This document shows positions 26,291-34,664 of a stretch of DNA of 64,000 bases, piece by piece. Both the position numbers and the translations under genes were made by a program. Location: the IMG/VR virus record IMGVR_UViG_3300031576_000002, positions 1 through 64,000 of that record; one strand, given 5' to 3'. Numbering within the stretch: the stretch's first letter is position 1; each line of letters starts with the position of its first letter. The notes beneath the pieces are model-generated. The model had not been told where the DNA came from, ran no database searches, and saw only the letters and a program-made list of their open reading frames with translations.

Positions 26291-27094
26291 TCAGAGCTCG
26301 AAGCCTTGCGCCAGGATCTCACGGGTGGCTGCAAGGATCCGGTGGAAGCCTTTGATCTGCCGCCCAACGTCTTTTCGCTCGGAATCAGACGCGGCGGATA
26401 GCGACCAGCGGAATCCGGTCAGTCCGTTCTCGACTAGGCTGGCGATCTTCTGCGCCTCTTCCGCAACTTTCGCAGCGGCAACGATCAGGTCCTCGTCCTT
26501 CTCCGGCGCCTCGTCTCCAAGCACAAGCGAGATTTCCGACAGCGCCTCGACTGCTTCCGTATCTTCTGCCTGAGCCTGCGCCGTGCGCCGGACCCAGTCC
26601 AGATTGATCGGCGAGTTGAGATTGTGGAACGCCCTTCCCACGGCTTCATCTGCCTGAGTGTGCGTCAGGCCGTACTCGTGCTGGAGGCTGAGAGCGGTCT
26701 CGCCGATAGGACCGAGCGTGGTCATACGCTCGCCTTCCTCCGCCCGGGTATCGACCAGGGTGAAAATCTTGTAGGTCGAGTCGTAGTAGAGAAGCTGGCC
26801 GTACTGCTCGGGACTCGGCTCTCCCTGCGCCTTTTTGTGCAGAGAAGCTCCGACATCTACGGACTTCTTTTCAGGCTTCATGAACTCTTTGACGCACTCC
26901 CACCCGCACAACTCGGCGCCCATGGTCGGATTGTAGACCCAGCCTGGTTGCTTACCCGGACCAGGTGCCTTGTAACCGCATTGCTCGCAAGTCGTACCTG
27001 GACTAACGCTCTGTTCCCGCCAACCGCCAGGCTGGTGCTGAGCTTCCTTCGTGCTTTCAGTGGCTGACGGCAACATGGCTGGCCTCCTCGTCAA
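26291..27094 (-). CDS. Hypothetical protein (head region) with CEQC...CGWEC
   Basis: ORF track. Confidence 0.6.
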   Translation of the reverse strand: MTRRPAMLPSATESTKEAQHQPGGWREQSVSPGTTCEQCGYKAPGPGKQPGWVYNPTMGAELCGWECVKEFMKPEKKSVDVGASLHKKAQGEPSPEQYGQLLYYDSTYKIFTLVDTRAEEGERMTTLGPIGETALSLQHEYGLTHTQADEAVGRAFHNLNSPINLDWVRRTAQAQAEDTEAVEALSEISLVLGDEAPEKDEDLIVAAAKVAEEAQKIASLVENGLTGFRWSLSAASDSERKDVGRQIKGFHRILAATREILAQGFEL

Positions 27095-27269
27095 TCAATC
27101 GCAGCGCAGCTTTCACTTTCCCAAGATCCATCTCGAACGTCGTGTCCCCGATCTTGAACCATACAGGAGCAAAGTGCTCGGGAATGTTCGAGGGCGGACG
27201 AATGATTTCAACTTCGACCTGCCTCGCTTCTTTCGACTCTGGCTCGAAGTATTTTGCACGAACTCTCAT
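27057..27269 (-). CDS. Small hypothetical protein
   Basis: TAATG coupling with upstream ORF. Confidence 0.55.
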   Translation of the reverse strand: MRVRAKYFEPESKEARQVEVEIIRPPSNIPEHFAPVWFKIGDTTFEMDLGKVKAALRLIDEEASHVAVSH

Positions 27270-28792
27270 TAGACCTCCACCGCTGGCGTCTCGAACAGCT
27301 TGATGAGTTCCGCCATCTTCTTCTGGACGGCGTTCACGGTGGGATCAAGCCCTTCAAGGCGCCCCACGGCTTCGGCTAGATCCGACATGGGATCCCTGAA
27401 GAGTCGCTTGAGCTTGCCCACAACGTTGCCGATCTCCTCGATCAAGCGGCTGATGGGATTACTAGCCTGTGCCAGTCGGCGCATTGCAGGTCGCTGCATC
27501 TCCAACGACGGCGCGGGAGCTTCCTCGGGCACTCCCTGCTCCTGCTCACGTCGCTGGGTCTGCTTGACTTCCTTCGCGAGTCCGGGCGACCAGGGAAAGA
27601 TCGCCAGCAGCCGGTACAGGATGCGGCGCACGGGGCTGACAATCTTCTCCCGAACACGGTCCACCGCTGCCTCAATCTTGGCGTACTCACGGCTTTGCTC
27701 GCCGTAGATGTCCTTGAGTTCGTCGAGCACGGCCGCCAGCGTCTCCAGCCGGATCACGTCTTCGTCGGAGACATCGACCCGTTTCCCTTTCTTCATTGCA
27801 ATGATCCACTGTTCGTACTTGAAGTTCAGCTTCTCCGCAAGCTGAGAAGTACGGAAAATCTTGGTACTGTGCGCCGCCAGATGCGTTCCACCTGCCTCGG
27901 AAAAGTTGCTCGCGGATTCGGCCAGAGGAAGGAGATCGCTCAGCGCAGCATCCAACTTGGCGCCCAGCTCTTGCAGCTCCCGCTGGATCTCCTCGTGCTT
28001 CCGCCAGGTCTGCGACTTGTGCATCGCTTCCTGCGCCTTCTTCACGAGTTCCTTGCTCTCGGCCGCGAGCCCTTCCATGGAAGCCTTGACCTTGAGCGCA
28101 TTGTCGGTAAGCTTGGCGAGCTTCTTGTTGATCTGCTCCAGCTCAGTGAACTCCCGCTGAATGTCGATCTCGGGCGTCTTCTTCTTGAGACTGAGGTACT
28201 TATCCTCTTCCTCCTCTTCCACCGGCTGCGCCTGACACAAAATCGCGGCTACCCGTTCGATACGGGCCAGGGCTCGCGTCAGCAGCGTGAACTTGGGATC
28301 CAGGGACGCTGTCTTGATCCTCCCCTGCGTCCCGATCTCCCACTCGACCCAGACTGTAGAATCGGGACCTGGTGCGATCACTTCTCCGACGACACGCTTG
28401 CCTGCGGCCTCGGATCTCACGAGATCGCCTACCTCGAAATCGCGCGCGGTAGAGAGGCTGGCAACGTGCTCCCGCATGCCTTCCATGGCGGCTTTGACAG
28501 CGAAGGGGCGGTAGATCGTAGAAAGATCCTCGTGAATATCTTCGAGCGATCTTCCCAGCATCCACAACGCCACAGCGCGACTCTGGGCGTCTTCCTCTTT
28601 CTTCTTGGGCTGCGCAAGTCTTACTTCTGCGGCCTTGACCATAAGCCGCTCGCCCGTCGAGATAGAGGTCACGTATGCGACATCACCCGTGCGTCCTTCG
28701 TAGGTACCGATGTCGTCGCGCAACTCGACAGTCGCGCCAATGGGAATGTTACTCATCGAGAAGATCCTCCGCGCCGATATGCGTACCGACAT
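27269..28792 (-). CDS. Hypothetical protein with SH3-like and coiled-coil segments (probable virion protein)
   Basis: ORF track; strongly biased codon usage. Confidence 0.6.
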   Translation of the reverse strand: MSVRISARRIFSMSNIPIGATVELRDDIGTYEGRTGDVAYVTSISTGERLMVKAAEVRLAQPKKKEEDAQSRAVALWMLGRSLEDIHEDLSTIYRPFAVKAAMEGMREHVASLSTARDFEVGDLVRSEAAGKRVVGEVIAPGPDSTVWVEWEIGTQGRIKTASLDPKFTLLTRALARIERVAAILCQAQPVEEEEEDKYLSLKKKTPEIDIQREFTELEQINKKLAKLTDNALKVKASMEGLAAESKELVKKAQEAMHKSQTWRKHEEIQRELQELGAKLDAALSDLLPLAESASNFSEAGGTHLAAHSTKIFRTSQLAEKLNFKYEQWIIAMKKGKRVDVSDEDVIRLETLAAVLDELKDIYGEQSREYAKIEAAVDRVREKIVSPVRRILYRLLAIFPWSPGLAKEVKQTQRREQEQGVPEEAPAPSLEMQRPAMRRLAQASNPISRLIEEIGNVVGKLKRLFRDPMSDLAEAVGRLEGLDPTVNAVQKKMAELIKLFETPAVEV

Positions 28793-29531
28793 GTTCCCAG
28801 GCCCACAAATCCTCGGAAGGAATCTGGTGGGTCTCTTGCGTTCTCAGGTCGAGACTACAAACGCTGTCTTCCGTTGCTGCGATCACCTTGACCAGCGTGC
28901 GACCGTCCATACTGCGCAGCATGTCCCCTGCCGCAACAGACGCAGACATCGGGCGGGGATCGAACTCTTCTCCGAGGTCTTGGTAGTTCTGGCCCTCTTC
29001 CCACTGCGTTCGGAGTGGCTGCTCATCAAGCAGCAAGCTCGTCACTTCCGCACTTTTGCAGTGGGGGCAAGACAGATCCACGCTCTCGGTCGCTTGCATG
29101 CCAAAAAGAGTACCACACGCCGAGCAGCGAAAGCGAGAAGCGGCTGCCTCTTCCACCAGGTAGATCTTGTCCTGACTCTCTGCCACCTTCCGGTAGAGGC
29201 CCTTGGGAAGATCGCTACCCGTTGCACGCTGGTAGCGGATTCTTGCTTCGGGGTAGGACCAGCCATCTTCGACAAGGGCTTGCAAGATCACGGGATCGCC
29301 CGCAAGCATTTCACGGCCTCGGTGCTTGTTCATTTGTTCGCCTCTCCCTCGCGGATTCCAGGGACTCACAGGTGTCACGCCAAGGGTGGTGTCGCTGCGG
29401 TAGTCTACACCCTCTTCCCGGTAACGGTCGGCAGACCAACTGTAGTCCCGCGTCGTAGCGCCGGGATCCAGCCGGTCCCAGTCTCGCACACCCGTCGGCT
29501 GCTCCTTCTTCTTGATCCGTCGTCGGGGCAT
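28749..29531 (-). CDS. Hypothetical Zn-ribbon protein
   Basis: CSACG...CPHCKS. Confidence 0.6.
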   Translation of the reverse strand: MPRRRIKKKEQPTGVRDWDRLDPGATTRDYSWSADRYREEGVDYRSDTTLGVTPVSPWNPRGRGEQMNKHRGREMLAGDPVILQALVEDGWSYPEARIRYQRATGSDLPKGLYRKVAESQDKIYLVEEAAASRFRCSACGTLFGMQATESVDLSCPHCKSAEVTSLLLDEQPLRTQWEEGQNYQDLGEEFDPRPMSASVAAGDMLRSMDGRTLVKVIAATEDSVCSLDLRTQETHQIPSEDLWAWEHVGTHIGAEDLLDE

Positions 29532-30463
29532 CAGTCCTCGTCCTCTTCTTCGATGGTATCGCGCAGATCATCGACATTTTCATCCGTGATTTCTACGTCT
29601 TTGAACTCAGAGTACAAACGCTTGAGAAGCGTCACGTACTGCCAGCGTTCCAGCAGCTTGGACACGATATTGGCCGGAGCCAGGTTAGCACTTTCACCAG
29701 GTCCTACCGGACAATCTTCGCCCGGACACTTGTCCAAGTAGGTCGAAAAGACTTCGGCACGTTCCCTGTCGAACGTATCGTAGCTCGCAAGCACGGTCTC
29801 TACGTCATCATCCAGTTCCTGTATCTTACCGTCGATCCGTCGCATGACCGCAGCGCGCACGTCAAGAGGTACTTTGCGCAATGCTGCACGCAAAAAGTCG
29901 AGGTCGCGCAAATCGCGCTCGGTCTCGCCCAGTTCCAGATCGAGCTTTCGCGCCCAGCTCACGGCACGCGCGTAGACGTCCTCCTCAAGCTGCTCAGGAT
30001 CTTCAATGAGCGGGGCTGGGTCGTAGTCGAACCAAACTTCTTTCATCACGTCGTAGACGTTATCGAGAACGCCAATCCGCTTCGGCCATTCTTCTCGGGT
30101 CGCAATGAAAAAGTTCACAGGATGCTCGGCCACTTGGTAGCGGCCATTCAAGTCAGGCAGGATTTTTTTGATCTCGTCTCGCCTTCCTTCGTCTACGTCC
30201 AGGACAACGCCGATGTCGAGATCCGCCGCCGGTGCCCAGTTCTTTGACGTGATCGAGCCGGAAAGGAACACGCCTTCAAGAGCGTCTTCACTGAGCCCCG
30301 ACTCATCTAGTAGGTCGGACAGTCCATCACCGATTGCCTGGCGGGTCTCCTCACGGAGTCGAGGCGGATCCTCGGAAAGATCCCAGACAGTCTCGTCGAG
30401 CTGATCCAGTGGATAATCCAGCGGACCTGCCAGCAGAGCAATGGCGTTTTGAAGAAAGCTCAT
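29531..30463 (-). CDS. Nucleotidyltransferase (Pol-beta fold, GS...DxD)
   Basis: FLSGSIT..NW...ADLDI...HPVNFF; followed by helical domain. Confidence 0.8.
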   Translation of the reverse strand: MSFLQNAIALLAGPLDYPLDQLDETVWDLSEDPPRLREETRQAIGDGLSDLLDESGLSEDALEGVFLSGSITSKNWAPAADLDIGVVLDVDEGRRDEIKKILPDLNGRYQVAEHPVNFFIATREEWPKRIGVLDNVYDVMKEVWFDYDPAPLIEDPEQLEEDVYARAVSWARKLDLELGETERDLRDLDFLRAALRKVPLDVRAAVMRRIDGKIQELDDDVETVLASYDTFDRERAEVFSTYLDKCPGEDCPVGPGESANLAPANIVSKLLERWQYVTLLKRLYSEFKDVEITDENVDDLRDTIEEEDED

Positions 30464-31005
30464 GCACGCTCTCGTAGGCTGATCTCGATTCGCACGGCTC
30501 TCGATTCAGGCGTGACTCTTACTTCGACCCTGGAGGTATCAAGCGCTGCATCAAGCACTAACCGGGCTCTCCACCGTCTTGCCTCTCGATCATCGTCCCG
30601 CATCTGAAAGGTTTCATCTGGCTTCGGTATTCTACGTTTCCGCTTTCGTAGCCCCAGATCCAGTTCAGTCTGCTCGGTCGTACTTCGCGGACGTTCTGCA
30701 CGGTACAGGATTTCTTCTGCCAGTGGAGAAGCAGCTTTCAAAAAAGTCTGCCGTATGTACGGAAGCTGTCTCTCTGTCCACGCTGCGGATTCTACAGGTT
30801 TGCCTGAAGGGATGATGACTACGATACGGGCTCGGTCTCGTGGATGAAGTGTACCTTTCGGGTTCAGAAACTCTTTTGCCGCGTGTGCTACGGCAGCGCC
30901 TACTAACTGAAGATTTCTGAATTCTACTTTCGACAGTCCTTTATCATCCAGCGGAAGTTCCTGCTGACCCTTCAAGATACAGACCACGCGCCGAAGATGG
31001 ATCAT
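30460..31005 (-). CDS. Hypothetical protein
   Basis: ORF track; ATGA coupling. Confidence 0.5.
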   Translation of the reverse strand: MIHLRRVVCILKGQQELPLDDKGLSKVEFRNLQLVGAAVAHAAKEFLNPKGTLHPRDRARIVVIIPSGKPVESAAWTERQLPYIRQTFLKAASPLAEEILYRAERPRSTTEQTELDLGLRKRKRRIPKPDETFQMRDDDREARRWRARLVLDAALDTSRVEVRVTPESRAVRIEISLRERA

Positions 31006-32807
31006 CGTTCGCGCCGAAAGACGCGGTGAAACTCGCCCGGCGGCTGTTGGTGGAGCTGCACTTGATCGGCTTCATCCACGCCGTAGGGTGGCAGGCGACC
31101 CTGGTTCCAGCGGCGAATCTTGGGGCGTGCTTTGAGGCTCGGCATGATCGGGCCTAGACCACGGGCACGGTCCATGCGCTCCATCTCTTCCAGGTCGCCT
31201 ACCGTTAGAAAGCGACGCCGCTTGTGCGGAACGATCAGCGTTTGGTCCCGGTCTCTTTTCGCATACCCCCCACCCATGCCGGGGTAGTGATAGAGTTCGG
31301 GATCGACGTATTCGTCCGGCTCCAGAGATGTCCAGCGCGGTTGGTACTCCGCCGCCTCGTGAACAGTAACGCGATCCCCGACACCAATACGGCTTGTCCG
31401 GCAGAATCCGCCCGCAGTCTCCAGCACTCCCCCCACACTCGCACAATGGTAGAGGTCATGATCGCCTGGCTGGACGTTGTGGACGATGCGAGCTACCTGG
31501 TAGCCACTACCGGCGTGACGCAGGAACACCATGTCAATCGGGAACGGGACCGTGGACATGTGAAAGGTAACGGACGCGGGAACGTGGTAGGGAAAGAGCA
31601 TGGCTTGGTCACGCTCCAAGCTAGAGTGCTTTGAAAGTCCAATACGCTTTTCGCTATCGGAATCGGCAACGTGTGCCCGGAGCTGGACTTTCCCTAGCCT
31701 TAAAATTACTTCTCGCATTGCGGTTCCCCTTTTCTCCTTCTTACCCTCTAGCCCATCTTCACCGAACTTGCGAAGGCGCACCGGCAAAGCGCGGGAGAAG
31801 TGGGAGTAGCCCTGGGCGCCGAAGTTGGAGTTGCCATTGAAGAGGTAGACGTAAGCCGCCTCCGAGCCGCGCGATTCGGAGGTCCAAATCCATACGGGCT
31901 CTTTGTACAAGCCCGTCTCGTAAATCCTCTTCGCCTCTTCTGCCGTAGGAAGTCTCCAATCTGTGAATCCTCCCTCTCGATAGTTTCTGGCGTAGGTTGT
32001 GGCATCCTTCCAGTTGATGTCTTTTCCGTTGTGACCTTCGGCAACTTGAAGATTACCCAGCGGCTTGAGCCGCTTCTCTAGCTCTTCTGGATGACTGAAA
32101 AGCCACGCCTTTTCAAATTCTTCCGCCTTTACCTTTCCTAGCCCGATCTCATCCAAGATTGGAGCTATTTCTTTCGACACTCTCAGGTTTATTCTTTTAC
32201 CATCTACATCTTTCAACTGCCCACTTTCAGGATGAGCTAAGACGTAAGGCTCGCCACCCTTGAAAATCATATACAACGGTCCCTGCTCACTGTACTCCTT
32301 TGCTCTCTCTGGGTATCTAACACACCATCCTTGTGCGTCGTAGTCCTCGCATATACGCATGATTGCGGCTGGAGTCGTGGTCTTAACTACGGCGTAGGCT
32401 CCATCATCGTATATCTTCTGCTGTCCTTCCTTCTCCTCAATCTGCTTCTTATGTTCTTTGGACTCCTGACCTTTTGACTCTCGAATAACTTGGGCTAGAT
32501 CAGAAAAGGAACGGTACTGATTGATGTCTTTTGGACTTGTGAATCTCGGACTACTCTTTAGCTTGTCAAAGGTTATGAGAATGTCGTGAATCTTCTCAGA
32601 GTCCTCTGGAATTATAATGTCTTGCTTTTTGAGAAGTCGTAGGATCCACCCCAGATACTTCTTCTCGGTAGTAGGATCGGCTTCGGCAGCATCTCGTATC
32701 TTGGCTTCCTCGAACTGAGGAAACAGTTGGAGAAGCTTGGAAAGCCTTTCCTCCAAGCCTCCTCCCAGCAGCCAAACCGCAGAATGGAGCGTACCTGCCC
32801 TATTCAC
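31002..32807 (-). CDS. Multidomain protein: DPT..KY..W/KDINQY/WC phage domain + DUF1566 C-type lectin (putative DGR target 2) + DUF192
   Basis: INWKDATTYA...GGFTDWRLPT...WTSES...RALPVR; then 'VADS..EKRIGLS...MLFPY....FHM..VPFPIDMVFL...VLETAGG' (DUF192). Confidence 0.8.
   Translation of the reverse strand: MNRAGTLHSAVWLLGGGLEERLSKLLQLFPQFEEAKIRDAAEADPTTEKKYLGWILRLLKKQDIIIPEDSEKIHDILITFDKLKSSPRFTSPKDINQYRSFSDLAQVIRESKGQESKEHKKQIEEKEGQQKIYDDGAYAVVKTTTPAAIMRICEDYDAQGWCVRYPERAKEYSEQGPLYMIFKGGEPYVLAHPESGQLKDVDGKRINLRVSKEIAPILDEIGLGKVKAEEFEKAWLFSHPEELEKRLKPLGNLQVAEGHNGKDINWKDATTYARNYREGGFTDWRLPTAEEAKRIYETGLYKEPVWIWTSESRGSEAAYVYLFNGNSNFGAQGYSHFSRALPVRLRKFGEDGLEGKKEKRGTAMREVILRLGKVQLRAHVADSDSEKRIGLSKHSSLERDQAMLFPYHVPASVTFHMSTVPFPIDMVFLRHAGSGYQVARIVHNVQPGDHDLYHCASVGGVLETAGGFCRTSRIGVGDRVTVHEAAEYQPRWTSLEPDEYVDPELYHYPGMGGGYAKRDRDQTLIVPHKRRRFLTVGDLEEMERMDRARGLGPIMPSLKARPKIRRWNQGRLPPYGVDEADQVQLHQQPPGEFHRVFRRER
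31776..31886 (-). repeat. Putative DGR variable region VR2
   Basis: Same length as VR1 (37 codons), no indels, identical flanking blocks. Confidence 0.75.
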
Positions 32808-33133
32808 AGGATCACCGCGTTCTTGCCGTCAAAGTTTTCCCACGCGCAACCTATCGTGCTACACGACCACTTGATCGTATACCCCTCAATCCAGACTCGG
32901 AGAGTCTTCAGACAGTTGGGACAAAGAGGCTCCGGCCACTGGCCTTTTCTGTGCAACTCGTGCTGCGTATTGATAAGGACTTCATTCAAGAGTTGTAGGA
33001 TCGTAGTCACCAGGACAATGTTACCCGGATCCTTCCGAGCAAGGTCGAACAGGTTCGATAGCAGCGCAAGCGTATGGTCAAAGTTCAGCGCTCGCGGCTG
33101 CTGAATTCTCTCTTCCACGCCTACGACATTCAT
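32804..33133 (-). CDS. Hypothetical Zn-ribbon protein
   Basis: CPNC...CSTIGC. Confidence 0.55.
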   Translation of the reverse strand: MNVVGVEERIQQPRALNFDHTLALLSNLFDLARKDPGNIVLVTTILQLLNEVLINTQHELHRKGQWPEPLCPNCLKTLRVWIEGYTIKWSCSTIGCAWENFDGKNAVIL

Positions 33134-33354
33134 TCGAGTCCTCGTGGAATCTCGCCCATCGCAAGGTAGTAAGCCTGCTCGATCTTGCCCTGAGCCGCTG
33201 GATTGGGATTTGGGGAACGCTGAAGTTTGCGAATGAGTTCCGTGTAGCGCGCTCGAAGCTCGTCTTTCGAGGCGCCCGGAGGAAGTCCTAGCAGCTTGTG
33301 AGCATCTGCCAGCTCCATCGCTAGCAGAGCAATGATTGCTTGGAGCCTATGCAC
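33130..33354 (-). CDS. Truncated J-domain (DnaJ-like) protein lacking HPD
   Basis: AHKLLGLPPGASKDELRARYTELIRKL...IEQAY; HPD replaced by QRSPN. Confidence 0.6.
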   Translation of the reverse strand: MHRLQAIIALLAMELADAHKLLGLPPGASKDELRARYTELIRKLQRSPNPNPAAQGKIEQAYYLAMGEIPRGLE

Positions 33355-33364
33355 AAGCGCCTCC

Positions 33365-34045
33365 TCAAACTTCTACAATCAGGCTACTAACGTGGTGAGA
33401 CGGATAGCTATCCCCGGCAGGACCGGCAAGTCTGGCCCACGCCGCCATCGTGTAGCACGCATGCACGCTGTACACGCCCTGCGCGACACCATTCGCCGTC
33501 AAATACTTCTCGCTGGCTGGCGCTGGACGGTTCCAGCTTCCAATAACCAGTCGCGCTTTTTCACAGTTCATTCCTGACTTTTTAACTCTTACTGCAAACT
33601 TCACAAAGTCATCTGCGAGCAAATTACGAAAACCTTGCCACGCTACTTCTTGGCTCGACTTGGAATAGACTACGACACCTCTAGGTAGTGGATACACATA
33701 CTTTCGCGTATCATGTGGATAACGTGGATCACGCGGTAGGTCACGATACAAGTAGAAATACTCTCCGTCTGGAATTGGAACTACTTCTACCCTATCCCGA
33801 TAGCCTAGAATCTCCCGAGGCAGGGTTCCAACCGCGAGCGTAAAATCTACACAATCGGCACAACTCGTGTATGGAGAAGGGTGTCGCATCCAGCAGGGCT
33901 CTGCCGACACACCTACATAGGCCACCCCCCCCCGAGATAGCGGCCTAGCTGTTGGAGGTGCCTCTGCGAACACTTCCACGGAGGGTAGCGCAAGAACAGT
34001 CACGCCTGCCAGAACGCTCTTCCCGAAAGTACGGCGATCTATCAT
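33365..34045 (-). CDS. Hypothetical protein with twin-arginine (Tat)-like signal peptide
   Basis: DRRTFGK + hydrophobic stretch + VFA/E cleavage-like site. Confidence 0.55.
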   Translation of the reverse strand: MIDRRTFGKSVLAGVTVLALPSVEVFAEAPPTARPLSRGGVAYVGVSAEPCWMRHPSPYTSCADCVDFTLAVGTLPREILGYRDRVEVVPIPDGEYFYLYRDLPRDPRYPHDTRKYVYPLPRGVVVYSKSSQEVAWQGFRNLLADDFVKFAVRVKKSGMNCEKARLVIGSWNRPAPASEKYLTANGVAQGVYSVHACYTMAAWARLAGPAGDSYPSHHVSSLIVEV

Positions 34046-34662
34046 TCAGCCCTCCAACCCGTCGCATCTTCGACTGGCGCGAGCGAGTAGCGATTGACAC
34101 GCACGCCCTCGATCATGTGCTGAATCCCGACCAGGTCGCGGTCCACTTCAACGACCTTTCCTCGGCAGCGCAATCTCTCATTGACCACGGTCTGCCCGAT
34201 CCGAAACTCTTGCCGGGCAAGCAGACTCTTGACCTCCTGCGAGACTTCTTCCTGATACTTGGTCCCAGGCTTTGTCTTGGGCTTGCGATTCTGCTTCTCC
34301 GCCCACACTGCTAGGTGCTCCCGTACTTCAGGCTCAACGCCATCGGTCAGGATGTCAAAGGCTTCCCGATCAATCCCACCTTCTCGCTCGTCCAAGAGTT
34401 CGAGAAGCTGGCGGCGCCTCATGTAGTCGCGCAGCGCTCGCCCCTTCACGGAGCCTTCTGCCAGCAACGGTTCTGGATAGCGCACTTTAACTCCTTGGGC
34501 CGCAAGACCCAGCGCAAAAGTCTGCTTCTCTTCTTCGCCCAGCTTGGATGCGAGCACTTCGTAGAGCCCGGACTCCAACTCTTTCCGATCGTTCGTAGCC
34601 GCAAGCGCATGCTCCAGCGCTTCGTCAATAGTAAGCGAAAGAACTTTGTCGAGGGCATCCAT
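34042..34662 (-). CDS. Hypothetical protein
   Basis: ORF track. Confidence 0.55.
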   Translation of the reverse strand: MDALDKVLSLTIDEALEHALAATNDRKELESGLYEVLASKLGEEEKQTFALGLAAQGVKVRYPEPLLAEGSVKGRALRDYMRRRQLLELLDEREGGIDREAFDILTDGVEPEVREHLAVWAEKQNRKPKTKPGTKYQEEVSQEVKSLLARQEFRIGQTVVNERLRCRGKVVEVDRDLVGIQHMIEGVRVNRYSLAPVEDATGWRAE

Positions 34663-34664
34663 GT

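Noticed and set aside
11481-31886. One of the two DUF1566 repeats being the DGR template repeat
   Set aside because: Mismatches are not confined to adenines of either copy and both lie in coding frames; both behave as variable regions.
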